From positions 6,634,001 to 6,698,000 of the forward strand of contig CM052820.1 of assembly GCA_028534125.1 (NCBI GenBank): a DNA stretch of 64,000 bases, in the 5' to 3' direction. The notes below the pieces were generated by a model. That model saw nothing but the letters and a program-made list of their open reading frames with translations, was not told where the DNA came from and searched no databases. Position 1 is the first letter of the stretch. Each line of letters starts with the position of its first letter. The stretch comes from Lama glama. Its lineage: Eukaryota. A program made the position numbers and the translations under genes. Shown here one piece after another: positions 49,663 to 62,440 of this stretch.

Positions 49663-50026
49663 TGTAGTGGATTGAATTGTGGCCCCCAAAAGACATGTCT
49701 ACCTGCAACCTCAGAATGGGACCTTATTTGGAATAAGAGTCTTTGCAGATATAATAAGTTAAATGATGACCAGACGAGGTCATCCTGGGTTTAAGGTGGG
49801 CCCTGCATCTAATGACTGGGTCCTTATAAGAGAAAGGGTAGCTGCTGAGAACGAGACACAGAGATGGGGCTTTGAAGATGGAGGTGGAGATGGGAGTGAA
49901 TGATGCATCTCCAAGCCAAGGAGCTCTAAGGGTTGCTGGCAGCAAGCGGAGGCAAGAGAAAGGCATGGAACAGATTCTCCCTCAGGGCCTCCAGGAGAAA
50001 CCAACCCTATTGACACCTGGATTTCT
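49663..50026 (+). mobile_element. MaLR LTR (MLT1C-like), 3'-truncated
   Basis: TGTAGTGGATTGAATTGTGGCCCCCAAAAGA...CTTATTTGGAATAAGAGTCTTTGCAGAT...GGCATGGAACAGATTCTCCCTCAG. Confidence 0.8.
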
Positions 50027-50234
50027 AAGGTGATCATAGGTGTTGGGAAAGGAACTCATACTTAAATAAATTTGAGAAACACTGGGTTTAACTATAGGTT
50101 TCTTTGCTGAGGAATTTCTCAGAGCCTTTAATAGGCTATGAGTCCTGTGAATTTCCCAACGGGGTAGGGGGTGGGGGGTGGGGAGCCAGTATTGAACACA
50201 CATTTCCCAAGCTTGTTTAACCAAGGAACACTTG

Positions 50235-50640
50235 TGTATTAGTCAGCTCGGGCTGCCATAACAGGATACCACAGACTGAGCGGCTTAAACAAGAGACATT
50301 TGTTTTCCACAGTCTGTAGCTTCAAGTCCAAGATCAAGGTGTTGGCAAGGCTGGCTCTGGTGAGGTCTCTTCTCCTGGCCTGCGGATGGCTGCCTTCTCA
50401 CTGTGTCCTCACGTGGCCTCTTATCTGTGCTCACACAAGCACACACATGCGCACGCGTGCGCACACACACAGAAACAGCACTCTGGTGTCTCCTCCTCTT
50501 CTTATAAGGACGTAAGTTCTGTTGGATTGGGGTCCTATGCTTTTGATCTCATTTAACCTTGATTACTTCCTTAAAGACATCTCTAAATACAGTCACACTG
50601 GGGGGTTAGAGCTTCAACGTATGAATTTGCAGGGGAACAC
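50235..50640 (-). mobile_element. MaLR LTR (MLT1A-like)
   Basis: TGTATTAGTCAGCTCGGGCTGCCATAACA...AAGTCCAAGATCAAGGTG...GGGGGTTAGAGCTTCAACGTATGAATTT. Confidence 0.85.
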
Positions 50641-50884
50641 CTTACTTCACGGGACTGGTTTTCTCCCAGAGGCATCTGGGGAAATGCAGATTTAACTTCC
50701 TTGAACTTGATCCCAGGGACATGGGGTGGGAGGGGGCACTTTGTTGGCAAGTGGCTGTCATCCATCCCTGCCTGTATAACAATATTCTTGATATGGCAGG
50801 AGAGGAGAAAGAGCTGCGGTAGATTTTTTAAAGGTCACAATATTTTGTGGCTCCTCCTGTCTTTTCTCTGTCTCCTGAATCAGA

Positions 50885-51285
50885 GTCAGCCACATGACTT
50901 GCCTTTGTCAAGGGGACAGTAGGAAACATGACACAAGCAGAGGCTTAAAAAGTGTTTGTGCTTTGGGGCTTGGCTTCTCTTACTCTTTTTGGAACCCAGC
51001 TGCCAAGCAAAGAAGTTTGGCTAGCTTGATAATGAGATTCTTGTGGCCCAGTTGCCCTCATCACCCCAGCCAAATGCCAGACATGTGAGAGGGGTCAACA
51101 GTGACACAGACCATTCAGCCCCCAAACCACTTGCCTAACTTTGGCCCCATAGTGAACCCAGGTGAGACCAGCAGAAGAACCACCCAGCTAAGCCCAGCCC
51201 AAATAACAATAACAACAAACAACAACAACAACAGTATTTACTCTGAACTACTCAGTTTTGAGGCATTTTCCTACATAGTAGTGAA
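50885..51285 (+). mobile_element. Old MaLR LTR (MLT1H/G-like)
   Basis: GACACAAGCAGAGGCTTAAAAAGTG...GAGACCAGCAGAAGAACCACCCAGCTAAGCCCAGCCCAAAT. Confidence 0.6.
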
Positions 51286-52199
51286 GTCATCTTAGAAGAG
51301 ACCTGTGACTGCTTTATACGGAATAGTCTTCTCAGGGTGCTGCTGTCTGAACCAAGTTAACTTCTCAGTGCTGTGGCAAAATATCTTTGCCGCCAATCTT
51401 GTATTAAAGTTTTCTAATCTCTTAAAGATATTAGCTTGATGAATATCAGGTGGAAAATCTTAAATTGATACCCCACAAAAAATAGGATGTGAGTTTTATC
51501 AGGTCGATCCCTGAAATTAGCCATAATATATTGGCTATAGCAAAACTGAAAACATGTTTTAAATGATAGAATGTCTTAAATATGTAAAAACTGACCAATC
51601 TTGAATATTCTTGAATATCCCACTGGAAGGAGCTGGTGAAACACTTAGGTTTACTTGCAAAGCAATTTCCTTTTGAGAAATGGTACCATCCTCTGAAAAA
51701 TCAAGCTGAAATGACTGTCTTGTTCAGTCTTGGTTATCTTCGGAGAGTCAGGGGCAGGGAAATGGGAGAGAGAACAGTGGATATGGGGACAGCTTCCAGG
51801 TGCCCTCCCAGCCTGATCTGGCTCTCTGCTGCCGCCCAGTGCTGGTTCTGTGGCATCACAGGAGGGTGCCAATCCCTGATTTAGGCTCCTGGCTCTGTAG
51901 GAGGCGCATCTCTCTGAGGGTCTGGCTTTGAGTCCCAGACCCCATGTGACAAGATGAGAAACAGGTTTGTGTTCCATACTCACTCCCATCCCTACCCTGA
52001 AAGCTACACATTCACTGTCACTCTAAAGGTGTCTAGTGACAGGAGAACAGAGATCATTAGCAACCACTGCCTTTTCTGGGCCGATTTTATTTTGGGGTCC
52101 CACTCACATCATTTTAGGTACACAGAAGATCACTCAAATTCCACATTAAATGTGAGTTCCATATAATTATATAAGCGTTGACTTGCATTGAAGTTGAGG

Positions 52200-52375
52200 G
52201 GTTTTTTCCTGGTCAAATACATGTAATATAAACTATACCATTTAAACCATTTAAAAGTGTGCAATTCAGTAGTATTAGGCACATTCACAACATAATATGA
52301 CCATCACCACTATGTAGTTCCAGAACTTTTTCATCACCTCAAATGGCAACTTGTACCCATTAAGCAGTCACCGCA
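52200..52375 (-). mobile_element. L1 3' end (L1MB-like)
   Basis: AACCATTTAAAAGTGTGCAATTCAGTAGTATTAGG...TTCCAGAACTTTTTCATCACC...TACCCATTAAGCAGTCAC. Confidence 0.75.
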
Positions 52376-53143
52376 TTTAACTTTTTAATATGTGTGGTCA
52401 CAAATTTTAGGTATTTAAACATTAACTTTTATTATTAACATTTACTAATCTGAAAATTACACTTTTATTTTTATATTTGGAACCAATGAATCTTTTTTTT
52501 AAAGTTACACATATTCTCATAGGACATTAAGTCTACTAGATGTAGCCCTGTGCCTGGGGTATCTGGGTATAAGGAGACCATGAGAAACCTCCCTCCACTC
52601 CCACCTCTGAGCCCTACCAGGAACTACTGGGACCCTGGGCTGCCTTCCCAGGGCTCCCTGCCCTCTGCACCACCATCAGCAATGGATTCTTTTAAACATA
52701 CCTGTACAGCATAACTGTTTACCTAAATTATAAAAGTATGACATGGCCATTATAGACAAGTTGGAAAGTGCAGGTAAGCATGAAGGAGAATAACTACCCT
52801 TTCTAATTCTACCACCTTGAGATCACCACTGTTAACATCTAGGTATCTTTTTTCCCGCAATCCTTTTTTTTTTTCTAGGCAAAATTACCATCCAACTTAC
52901 CTCAAGCAACATATACATGGTATATTTTTACTTACAAAACTGGGATTGCACTGTACTTTCAGTTTGAAACTTTGCCTTTGTCCACTTACTAAAAATGCTC
53001 CTTGGAGCAATTTCCTATATCCTTAACTATAATTTTAATAGCTGAATACATTCAAATATAAATTTTAATTGAAAATATAACTTCAAATTTAACAGTTGCA
53101 CTCTCATCATTTAGACACATTACACTTTATTTAGCTAGGCTTC

Positions 53144-53902
53144 TTTTTTTTTTAATTGATGTATAGGTGATTTACAATGTTGTGTTAGTTTCTGGTGTAC
53201 AGCACAGTGATTCAGTTATATAAATATACATTCCTTTTTATATTCTTTTTCATTATAGATTATTACAAGATACTGAATATAGTTGCCTGTACTATATAGT
53301 AGGACTTTGTTGTTTATCTATTTTATATCTGTTAATCCTAAACTCCTAATTTATCCCTCCCCAGTCTCTAGATCCATCCATGTTACTGCAAACAGCATTA
53401 TTTCATTCTTTTTTTGTGGCTGAGAAGTAGTCCGTTGTATATATATATACCATACCTTCCTTATCCAATCATCTGTTAATGGACATTCAGGTTGCTTCCA
53501 TGTCTTGGCTACTGTAAATAGTGCTGCTGTGAGCATTGGGATGTATGAATCTTTTTGAATTAGANNNNNNNNNNNNNNNNNNNNNNNNNNNNNNNNNNNN
53601 NNNNNNNNNNNNNNNNNNNNNNNNNNNNNNNNNNNNNNNNNNNNNNNNNNNNNNNNNNNNNNNNNNNNNNNNNNNNNNNNNNNNNNNNNNNNNNNNNNNN
53701 NNNNNNNNNNNNNNTCCACACCGTCTCCAGCATTTATCGTTTGTGAACGTTTTAATGATGGCTATTCTGNNNNNNNNNNNNNNNNNNNNNNNNNNNNNNN
53801 NNNNNNNNNNNNNNNNNNNNNNNNNNNNNNNNNNNNNNNNNNNNNNNNNNNNNNNNNNNNNNNNNNNNNNNNNNNNNNNNNNNNNNNNNNNNNNNNNNNN
53901 NN
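53144..53902 (-). mobile_element. Lineage-type L1 3' end including the ORF2 C-terminus, partly N
   Basis: The - strand translation LIQKDSYIPMLTAALFTVAKTWKQPECPLTDDWIRKVWYIY is the L1 ORF2p C-terminal motif. N-runs at 53565-53714 and 53770-53902. Confidence 0.9.
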
Positions 53903-53929
53903 CAGCCAGGCACCTATGGCAGGACGTTT

Positions 53930-54395
53930 TTTAGTCAGTTTTCACTAGCAATAGCTGCAGGAACAGCGTATCCCAACATCTCAGTAGCTCACGACTATCT
54001 GGGCATATTCCTTGCCCTTCTTACATTTCCTCCACAGCTTGGATATGGCTTGACTCCTTTTGGCAATGGGTCAGCTGTGGCTGTGATTCTCTGTTCAAGC
54101 TGAAAAAACAGCCCCCACCAGGGACACGTCAGTCTTGGGCAGAGGACAAGTGCAAGTGAGCAGGTGGAAATAAGCAATGGCTCTTAAAGTCGCTGCTATG
54201 ATGTGCCACAGGTCCTGTCGGCACACAGGCCATTGGCAAAGGCAGTCATGGGGTCAAGGCCAAAGTCAGTGGGGCTGGGTTAATAGTCTTTCCCAAGGCG
54301 GCACCACAGGTCACTCGGCAGTGGGTGGGGCTGTATAATCCTCTTGCAGGAAGCGAGAGTGAATAATTGGGAACAATAATACAACTGTCTACAGA
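53930..54395 (-). mobile_element. Old MaLR LTR (MLT1I/J-like)
   Basis: TTAGTCAG...GCTGCAGGAACA...CATTGGCAAAGGCAGTCATG...GAATAATTGGGAACAATAATAC...TACA. Confidence 0.55.
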
Positions 54396-54854
54396 TGTTT
54401 TGTGTTTAAACTATTAAATTGCTTTTGAGCTCTCTTTTTTAATGATATTAAATCTTATGCAATTAAAAAATTAAATTTTCATTTTAACCAAGGTTGCACA
54501 GGTACGTGTTTTTAAAAGTCAAATAATTCTTTATGGCTTATAAAAAAACCAAAATGCCCCAAATAGCAGCTTCCTTCCAAACAAATTCCCACACCTCAAC
54601 CAACTGAAGAAGAACTTTCCCAGTCTTACGATGTGCCAGGAACTATGCTACATAATTTGCCCAGATTATCTCAACCTGATCCTTACAACCAGCTCAGGAG
54701 GTAAAGTTTATATTATTACTCTCTCTAATAGAGAAGAAATTTAGGCTGAAGAAGCCATTTCTTTGGTATAAGGGGCCATGTGCCAGCAGCAGACATCTTT
54801 GCGATTAGAAACCGGGTTACCCAATGCCAGAAACTGGGAGTGGAACATCCCTGG

Positions 54855-55010
54855 CAGCGTCTCTCACCGTGTGGTCCTCACCAGCAGCATCAGCCTCATC
54901 TGGAACCTTGTTAGAAATGCATGTTTCCTGGGCCCCACCCAGCCCTGCTGGCTCAGAAACTCTGGGGTTACAATCAGCAGTTAGGTGACTCTGATAGACA
55001 CAAAAGATTG
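54855..55010. mobile_element. MER5A-like hAT-Charlie fragment
   Basis: GTGTGGTCCTCACCAGCAGCATCAGCCTCATCTGGAACCTTGTTAGAAATGCA. Confidence 0.7.
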
Positions 55011-55657
55011 ACAGCTGGGTTCCACCAGCCTTGCTCCCTCCTCCTGAGAGCCAGGAAGGTACCTGTGCCCTGTTACCTCCCCTCCCCTACTCTACCCCTC
55101 CCCTTTCCTTTCCCTCCCCCAACCCTTCCCCCTCCCCTCCCCTTTCCCCCACCACATCAGTGATTTGAGGCTGTTAAAAACTTCCCTTTGGAGCCAGACT
55201 TATGAGCCCCTGCCCTTCCGTGGTCCTCCTCACTGGCCCTCCCTCACCCCCAACATGCCCCCCATGTCCACCTCCAGCCAAACTGCAGCCACAGCCACAG
55301 ATCTCCTCTCTTTCCCCTTTGAGAGACGAATGTGTGCGTGTGTGGCTTGGGGCCCTGGCTGGTTGCTCTGGGAGGTCTGTCCAGCTGTAACCTGGGCCCA
55401 GAGTTGCCTGATGTCTGGTCTGGAACCGCTAGCTGGGATCTTTGCACTTTTCATCTAGGAAATAGATGGAAAGAAGGCCCAAACCTGTATAAGGTATTCA
55501 GGTCCTCCACCTTCTAGTCAGGGGCCCAAACCCCTGAGTAACTGGATGCCATGGCTCCACTGTCAATCACCAAGGGACAAGATGGGGCTGGCCCAGAGCA
55601 CTGTGGGAAGGTGGGGAGGGGCCCTGACCGAACGTGGATGAGCTTAGAAGCTGAGGA

Positions 55658-56150
55658 ATCATTCATTTATTCAATATGTATCAGGCGCTGCCTCCTATGA
55701 CCTGGTATTGGGAAGACACTAGAGAATGAGATGTTCTCCTGGAATTTCCAGACTAGAGCAAGGAGATAGGCAATAAACAAGAAAACAAGTAAATAAAATC
55801 GTTCCAGACTGCAGTAAGTTCCATGTAGGGCATAAACAGGGGATGTAATAGAAGGTTTGGGGGTGGAGAGGGGCATGCCAGAATGTGTTGTCAGGGAAGC
55901 CATCTCAGAGCTCTGAAGGATGAGATGGTGCCAGGCAAAGAGCCAGAGAAAGGGAGTCCTACCAGAGCAAACAGCACATGCAAAGGCCCTGAGGTGGCAG
56001 AGAGTGGTCTGGCCAAGCACAGGGAAGGAGAATGTGAGCAGAGGTAGGCAAGGCTCAGCAGTAGGCTGAGTTAAGCTTGGGTTTATTCTAAGAGCCTTAG
56101 GAGGATTTTCAGCAGGACAGTCATGTTATTTGGTCTGATTTATGTGAGAT
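55658..56150 (-). mobile_element. L2a LINE 3' portion
   Basis: CATTCATTTATTCAA tail; GTCAGGGAAGCCATCTCAGAG...ACAGCACATGCAAAGGCCCTGAGG. Confidence 0.75.
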
Positions 56151-56570
56151 CTGGCTATGGGACCTGAACTTCATGAGTATTTTGAGTGGTTTTTGTAATT
56201 TTCCATTTGTAGTGTTGTGTTGGGAAAGTCTTAATGAGGGCTATTTTTGGTTTTCTGGCCAACTTGGTTAAATCAACAACAGAATGCATGTTATGCATGC
56301 AGAACAGCAGGGCAAGTCTCAAAACCTCCACCTGCTTCTTTATGACCTTGGGGTTGTCTCCCCCAGGATAGGTCCTCATGCCCGCTGAATGGTGGACCAT
56401 TCGTCCCTGACATCCTGTCACTCAGCACCCTCCAGGCCTGCCTTCCACTGTGAGCAGATGCATCAGTCAGGGCTCCCTAGGGAAACAGAACCAATAGGAG
56501 GTAGATGATAGATACATAGATTGGTAACAAAACTTTTGACCTGGGCTCTTTTGCTCTGTTGCTCTGGGCA

Positions 56571-56574
<4 letters not shown>

Positions 56575-56607
<33 letters not shown>
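56575..56607. repeat. (TG)n microsatellite
   Basis: About 16 TG units. Confidence 0.95.
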
Positions 56608-56609
<2 letters not shown>

Positions 56610-57649
56610 GGAACATTAACATCCACCAACTATCTTTTGCTTGAAGTTGAGGGCATTAGGCTGAGGCTGAGCAGGCCTGAGTTGGGGAAAGAATAAAATT
56701 CTGGGCACCTGTTTCCCAGCCTGGGCCTGGAGCCTGGTGTGAGAAGCTGGTCGAGCCCAAACCTCTCCCCTCAGCTGTTTGACTCTCAGCCTGAGTTCAG
56801 TGACCCCCGATGAGGTTCCCGGCCAAAGTGACTTGGGCCCCGCTAGGCAGGAGATGCCTCACTACACTGGTTCCTTTGCTCGGGGCTGGGGAGGGGGGCA
56901 GTTTCCCTAATTTCAAGTCTTGGCTGTGCGATCTTTGCTTTCCCTTAATCAGATACCTCAAGGTCAAATTCGAAGGGTCTGATCCTTCCCACAGAGTCCA
57001 CTGAACTCTGCTCCCACAGCCCTTCATAACCTCCTGCTTCTCTGTCTCGGTGGTTTGTGTGGTCGGATGACGCCCAGCCGCAGAGACAGGCAAAATAAGC
57101 CCAAGGGGAAATGAGCACGTCCCCCACATCCAACTCTGGGGTGGAGGGCAGGAAAAGGCCCTGGTTAACAGTCCCGCCTGAAAGGGTATGTCTGTCTGTG
57201 TCAGCGGGTAGGCAGATCATACCAGGCTCGCGCCCGGTGTGCTGGGGGGAAGGCGGCCAGCTCTGTAACTATTCTGGACTTTGATTCAAGCCTTTGCCCT
57301 GGACAGTCAGCGAGGGGGCAGTTTCCCCTGTTTCAGAATCAGCCCCACCCCCGGGGACCTTGACCCCCAGCCCGAAGAACATGATTGCTTTATCTTGAGT
57401 TCCCTCAACAGCAAAACTTGAGACAAGAATTGGGTGAAGTCATGTATCTGATGTGATCTCGAAGAATATGGGGTTGAGGAGTGAGACAAAGATGAGAGGA
57501 AAGAAAATCAGGTGTGTATTAACGGGCAAGTTCTGGCCTTGGGAAAGTGGGGTTGAGTCCTACTAGGGACCCCTCTGAGAGACTCTGTGGAACATACCTC
57601 ACAGTTGTCCCACCAGGGGGAAAGAACGCTGTGGTACATTCATTATCTG

Positions 57650-58281
57650 TTTTTTAAAACAGTTTTAATAAGATATAATTGTCATATGATACAATTCACC
57701 CATTAAAAGTTACAATCCAGTGGTTTTTCGTATGTTTACAGATATGTGCAACCATCACCATAGTCAATTCAGAAGATTTTTATAACTTCAAAAAGAAATC
57801 CCACCCCTTTAGCTATCACCAGTCTCCACCGCTACCCACCTCAGCCTAAGCAACCACTACCCTACTTTCTGTAACTATAGATTTGACTATCCTGGCCATT
57901 TCATATGAATAGAGTCATTAATACATGGATTTTTGTGACTGGCTTACTTTACTTTTCATCATTCAGTCAAGCTATAGCATGTATCTGCACTTCCTTTTTA
58001 TGGCCAAATAATATTCCATTGTATGAATATACCACATTTGGTTTCTCCATTTGTTCACTGATAGACATTTGGGTTATTTCCACCTTTTGACTACCGTAAA
58101 TAATGCTGCTATGGAAATTTGTGCACAAGTTTTTGTGTAAACATGTTTTCATTTCTCTTGGGTGTTCTAGGAGTAGAATTGCTGGGTCATATGGTAAGGC
58201 TATATTCAATCATTTGAGGGACCCTCAAACTGTTTTCCAAAGTGGCTACCCTATTTTACCTTCCTACCAGGAGTGTATGAG
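57650..58281 (-). mobile_element. L1 3' end (L1MB-like) with ORF2 C-terminal remnant
   Basis: - strand translation LPYDPAILLL..PREMKTCLHKNLCT is L1 ORF2p-like; antisense 3'UTR upstream. Confidence 0.85.
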
Positions 58282-58768
58282 AGTATTAGCTATTGCTGCA
58301 TAACAAATTACTCTCAAACTTAGCAGCTTAAAACAATAAACATTTATTATATCACCCCGTTTTTGAGGGTCAAGGATCCAGGAGCAGCTGAGTTGACTGG
58401 TTCTGGCTCAGGGTCTCTTGTGAAGCTGGAATCATCTGAAGATCTGACTAGGACTGGAGGATCCACTTCCAAAGGGGCTCTTTCACTTGCCTGACAAGTT
58501 AATGCTGGTTCTTGGCAGGAGTCCTTCGTTCCCTCACCACACACACACATACTTATAACAAAGCAGATGGCTTCCACAAAGAGCAAGTGAAGCAAAAGAG
58601 AGTAAGGCAGAGGCTGCAAGACTTTTATGGTTTGGGGTTTGACACACTGTCATTTCTGCAATATCCTATTGCCTAGTTCAACCCTATCAGTGTGGGAGGG
58701 ATCTACCCGGGGTGTGAATACTGGGAAGCAGGGCTCATTGGGGGCCATCTTGGAAGCTGCCTACCACA
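58282..58768 (-). mobile_element. MaLR LTR (MLT1F-like)
   Basis: GTATTAGCTATTGCTGCATAACAAATTACTCTCAAACTTAGCAGCTTAAAACAATAAACATTTATTAT...GGGGCCATCTTGGAAGCTGCCTACCACA. Confidence 0.8.
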
Positions 58769-60134
58769 TAAGACATTTATTGGTCCATTTTCATCCCTCC
58801 ATGGGAGGGTGGTCCCTGGGGTGTTAAGTCCCTGACACTTCTGGCCTAAGCTAGAACACCCTGGAGACACTATAATGCTGAAGAACAGTCTCAGGCAGAG
58901 AGAGCGAAAGATTCAGGAAGCTGTCAGTTTGTATGAGCTGTATTTGCAGATGTCTACAGGAGACGAGGGGAGGGCACTGACTTCACCTGCTACAGTGGTC
59001 ACACCTGCCTGTATCAGGTCTCCTGTGTCCCGCTTCCTTGCTGAGAGGCCCACTGCCACCCAGCATTTGTCCTGATGCCAACATCCCTCCCCTTCCCTGC
59101 CTGAGTGTGCCCACCCTTTGGTGTGTTTCCTATCCTGTGGCTGGAACTTTGTTCCAGCTCTTATCTGCTCCTCCCTTATTTGGTCAACAGCTATTTCAGC
59201 AGATTCCTCAGACTTCTTTAACTACTTACTTAACTGATTTTTTGTTTGTTTTATGATTACACAAGCAATACACACTGATGAAAATTAAAAGACCAAAAAA
59301 CATCTAACTTAGAAAGTGGAAGTCCCTTGTAATCCACTCTCCAGAAATGGCCACTGTTGCTTGATTGACGTATATTCTTCAACAATTTCCGAGGCATAAA
59401 AACCCACCCAGTAATTTATGTGCCTGCTGCTATGTTCCTTACAGGTTTATCTTGGCAACATATCTTGCCTGGGTGCCTTTCTAGGACAACATGTGTTGTC
59501 AGCCTTCATCTTCACATGCATGCACTGTGCTACTTAATATGCACATCTCACCATTTATTTTGCCGCTTCCTTAATAGCAGGTGTCTTTGGATTCCCCTGT
59601 CTCCTTCTCTTGGCCTGACTCTGATTTCAGCTGCAGCTGGGGAGGGAGGGTCCCTACTTGGGTCCATGCCCTGCATCTTCTCATTTCTGCTCCAGAACTT
59701 TCTCTGACACAAAGGAGCCCTCTGGACTCTTGTACAAACATAGTCAGGAAGTGCCACTGAGCTAAGAGCCCTGGAGGGAGTCAACTAGCAACCACTTGTC
59801 TGGTCCTTCAGGCAGATGGCTCAGGAGGTACCCAGAGAACTCTGCTTTCAGGAGCTAAGACAAAGAAAATTTAGATTGTCTTCAGGCAAAATTGCAAAAC
59901 TAAAAGGATAAACCTCAATAGTTTGGTAGTTATTGTGAAATTTGTCTTCCAGAAATGTTGTAATTCCTATCCGTGTTGAGGGAGCCTGTTTCCCTCTATC
60001 TGGAGGCTGGGTGCAGGGAGGAGGGTGTCCTGCATGCCTCTTAGATAGAGGTGGGGAGGGGGAGGAGACAGCTCAGAGCTAGGCTTGAGTGGGTGAGGAG
60101 GGATCTTCAAGATTGAATACTGGAGGGAGTCTAC

Positions 60135-60970
60135 TCAATAAGTAAACATGTTGAAAATAACAGAAGGCATTTTTTCACTCTCAAGGTGGGATAGAAAAGG
60201 ATGAATGCTATGGTGTTGGGTTGGAATTAGAGGTACTGATGTCAGTTCATGTTTTTCAATATTTACAGATAGATATAAAAGTAAATCTTGATGTGTGCGT
60301 ATGTGTGTGTTTATATACATGTGCATTTATCTTATACATCTATTCCCTAGTTCAGCTCGCTGAGAGGGCCTGGGGACAACGCTCCAGTAGTAATGAGCAC
60401 ACATGGCACCCAGAGTTTGGTTTCTAAACTCTAGTTTAAAAGGAACCAGAGCTCCTGGGAAAATGGCTGAATCCATGCCGGCCCAGGGAAGCACATGACG
60501 AGCCAGGAATATGTTTTTGTGCTAGAAAATACAGAAATATTTATGATGCTACATGAAAAGGTTATAGAAGGCAGCTTGAAGGGGTTCCCACTGGCCAAAT
60601 CTGGGACAATTTAAACATCATAAATAATGACAATGGATAACGATTCATTGAATAAAATAGGAAATCCTGAGTCCACATGGATATAAATAAATAATGAGAG
60701 GCAAAAAATTTTTCTCACAGTAAAACGCCAGCTAATTAATGAAGGTATGATAGAATTAGAATCACCATTTGGCAACCAGTAATTAATTCATCTAAAAATC
60801 ATAAATGAATGCTAAAATTAGTGGGTAAGAGTTTGGTGAGAAATGGGATATTTGCATAATCTCAAAATACCTTCCACAAAATACAAATTAATTGCAAAAG
60901 GAAAACTAGTAGCTTTCCAGAGGCGAAACCTGGCAGGTACCACTGTAATCGGGGGAATAAAATTATTATT
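60135..60970 (+). mobile_element. L1MC/MD-like 3' region
   Basis: GGATGAATGCTATGGTGTTGGGTTGGAATTAGAGGTA...CCAGTAGTAATGAGCACAC...AAAGGAACCAGAGCTCCTGGGA...GGCCAAATCTGGGACAATTT. Confidence 0.65.
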
Positions 60971-62289
60971 TTTAGGAACAGGACCTGGATTTAGGCTCCT
61001 GGCCAGAGGCTCCTGTGTGCCCTTGGTGGCCAGGAAATGTCCGTTCTGGGCCTGGGCCGAGGTTGCTCTTCTATCCCAGCCTCTGCACCAGGACCAGCAA
61101 GGGGACCATAGGGCAGAAAGCCCCACACTTGGGGGGTGAGTAGTGGAGAGGGGAGCAGGCTAGGGTGGCCTCTGGCTCCTCACACAGGGCCTGGGGATCC
61201 TGGGTGCGTGACAGGGGTGACACAGTGGAGGATGTGACAGTTGGGGTGACAAAATGGCAGCAGTATGGAGGGGGCCTTTGCGCGCCAGGGTTTGTGACCG
61301 GCTGGAGTGCATCTCTGTGTCCAAGTTTTCCCAAGCTGTCCTTGGAAGGCTTGTGACCAGACTAGGCCTGACCCGAATGATGGTTTGAACAAAGGGCTTG
61401 GCCAGAGACAAGCCACTAGGATTCCATGAGGAACTGCCTTTTAAAATGAAAAAAAAAAAAAAAAGAAGTATATAGTTATTATAGGAAGAACAAATGTTGA
61501 CTGTTGAGAAAAATCTTTTAAACTGAAAACAAAAAGAATTAATTCCCCTCCTCTTACCCGAATCTACTCCCCAGAGATAAGCCTGTTAACTTCAGAATTG
61601 AGGGCCCCAAGAGACATGGCCGCCCCTCCCTCAGGGCTGCTGGGTGCCTGGGATGAGCCCGCCCAGCTCCACTCCCCAAGGGGTACGTGCCTCCATTCTA
61701 CAGACCGGGAAGCTGAGGCTGCAGGAGGGAAGGGACTTGCCCAAGGTCACACGACTTGTCCCTGTCCCTGTCCTTGCTCTCACTGCAGCCACCCTCCCTC
61801 GCTCCAGAGGAGGCCCTGTCCCCTTCCTGTTCAGGGCCTGGGGCAGGGTGGGGGCTGCGGTCCTCCTGGGGCCCCGTGAGGCTGGGCGCCTTTCCTGCGG
61901 CAGGGGTTCAGCCCGACTGAAGTGGTTCTGCCCTAATGAAGTCCTGCTGGTTGCACCCCACTCTTCCTGTCCTTGTTTACAGCTCCTCCACGCAAACACT
62001 TGAGACTTTTCTGGGAACTTGAGAGCTTTCTGGGAACTTGAGAGCCTTCATGGGAAGGCAGGATCCCAGAGAGAGCACCTGCGGGAGGAGGAGGGCTGCC
62101 CCAGCACGGCAGACGACTGTGTGTCCTTCTGGTTCACTCTCCACGAGCTCCTCTTCCCAGAGGATAAAGAGAGAAACATCTATATTATTTTCTCTTGCTG
62201 TCTTGGAAGGAAAATATTAAAAATCTCTTCCCCTGGGTTCAGAAACGTACCAAGCATCTAAGACATGCACTTCCTTTCATTTATTTGAA

Positions 62290-62440
62290 AAATAGTTCTT
62301 ATGTGCTATCTAAGCACTTTCTGGGCACTCTGCAACCTTTATTTCATTTACTGCCCAAAATAACCATATGAAGTAGGTCTGTTGCTGTCCCCATTTTACA
62401 GATGAGGAAACTGAGGCATGGAAAGTCTAAGCAACATGCC
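62290..62440 (-). mobile_element. MIR SINE fragment
   Basis: CCCCATTTTACAGATGAGGAAACTGAGGC. Confidence 0.8.

Noticed and set aside
53351-53934. ORFs spanning N-runs (also 34787-35083)
   Set aside because: Artefacts of Ns; the real residues are L1 ORF2 or LTR remnants.
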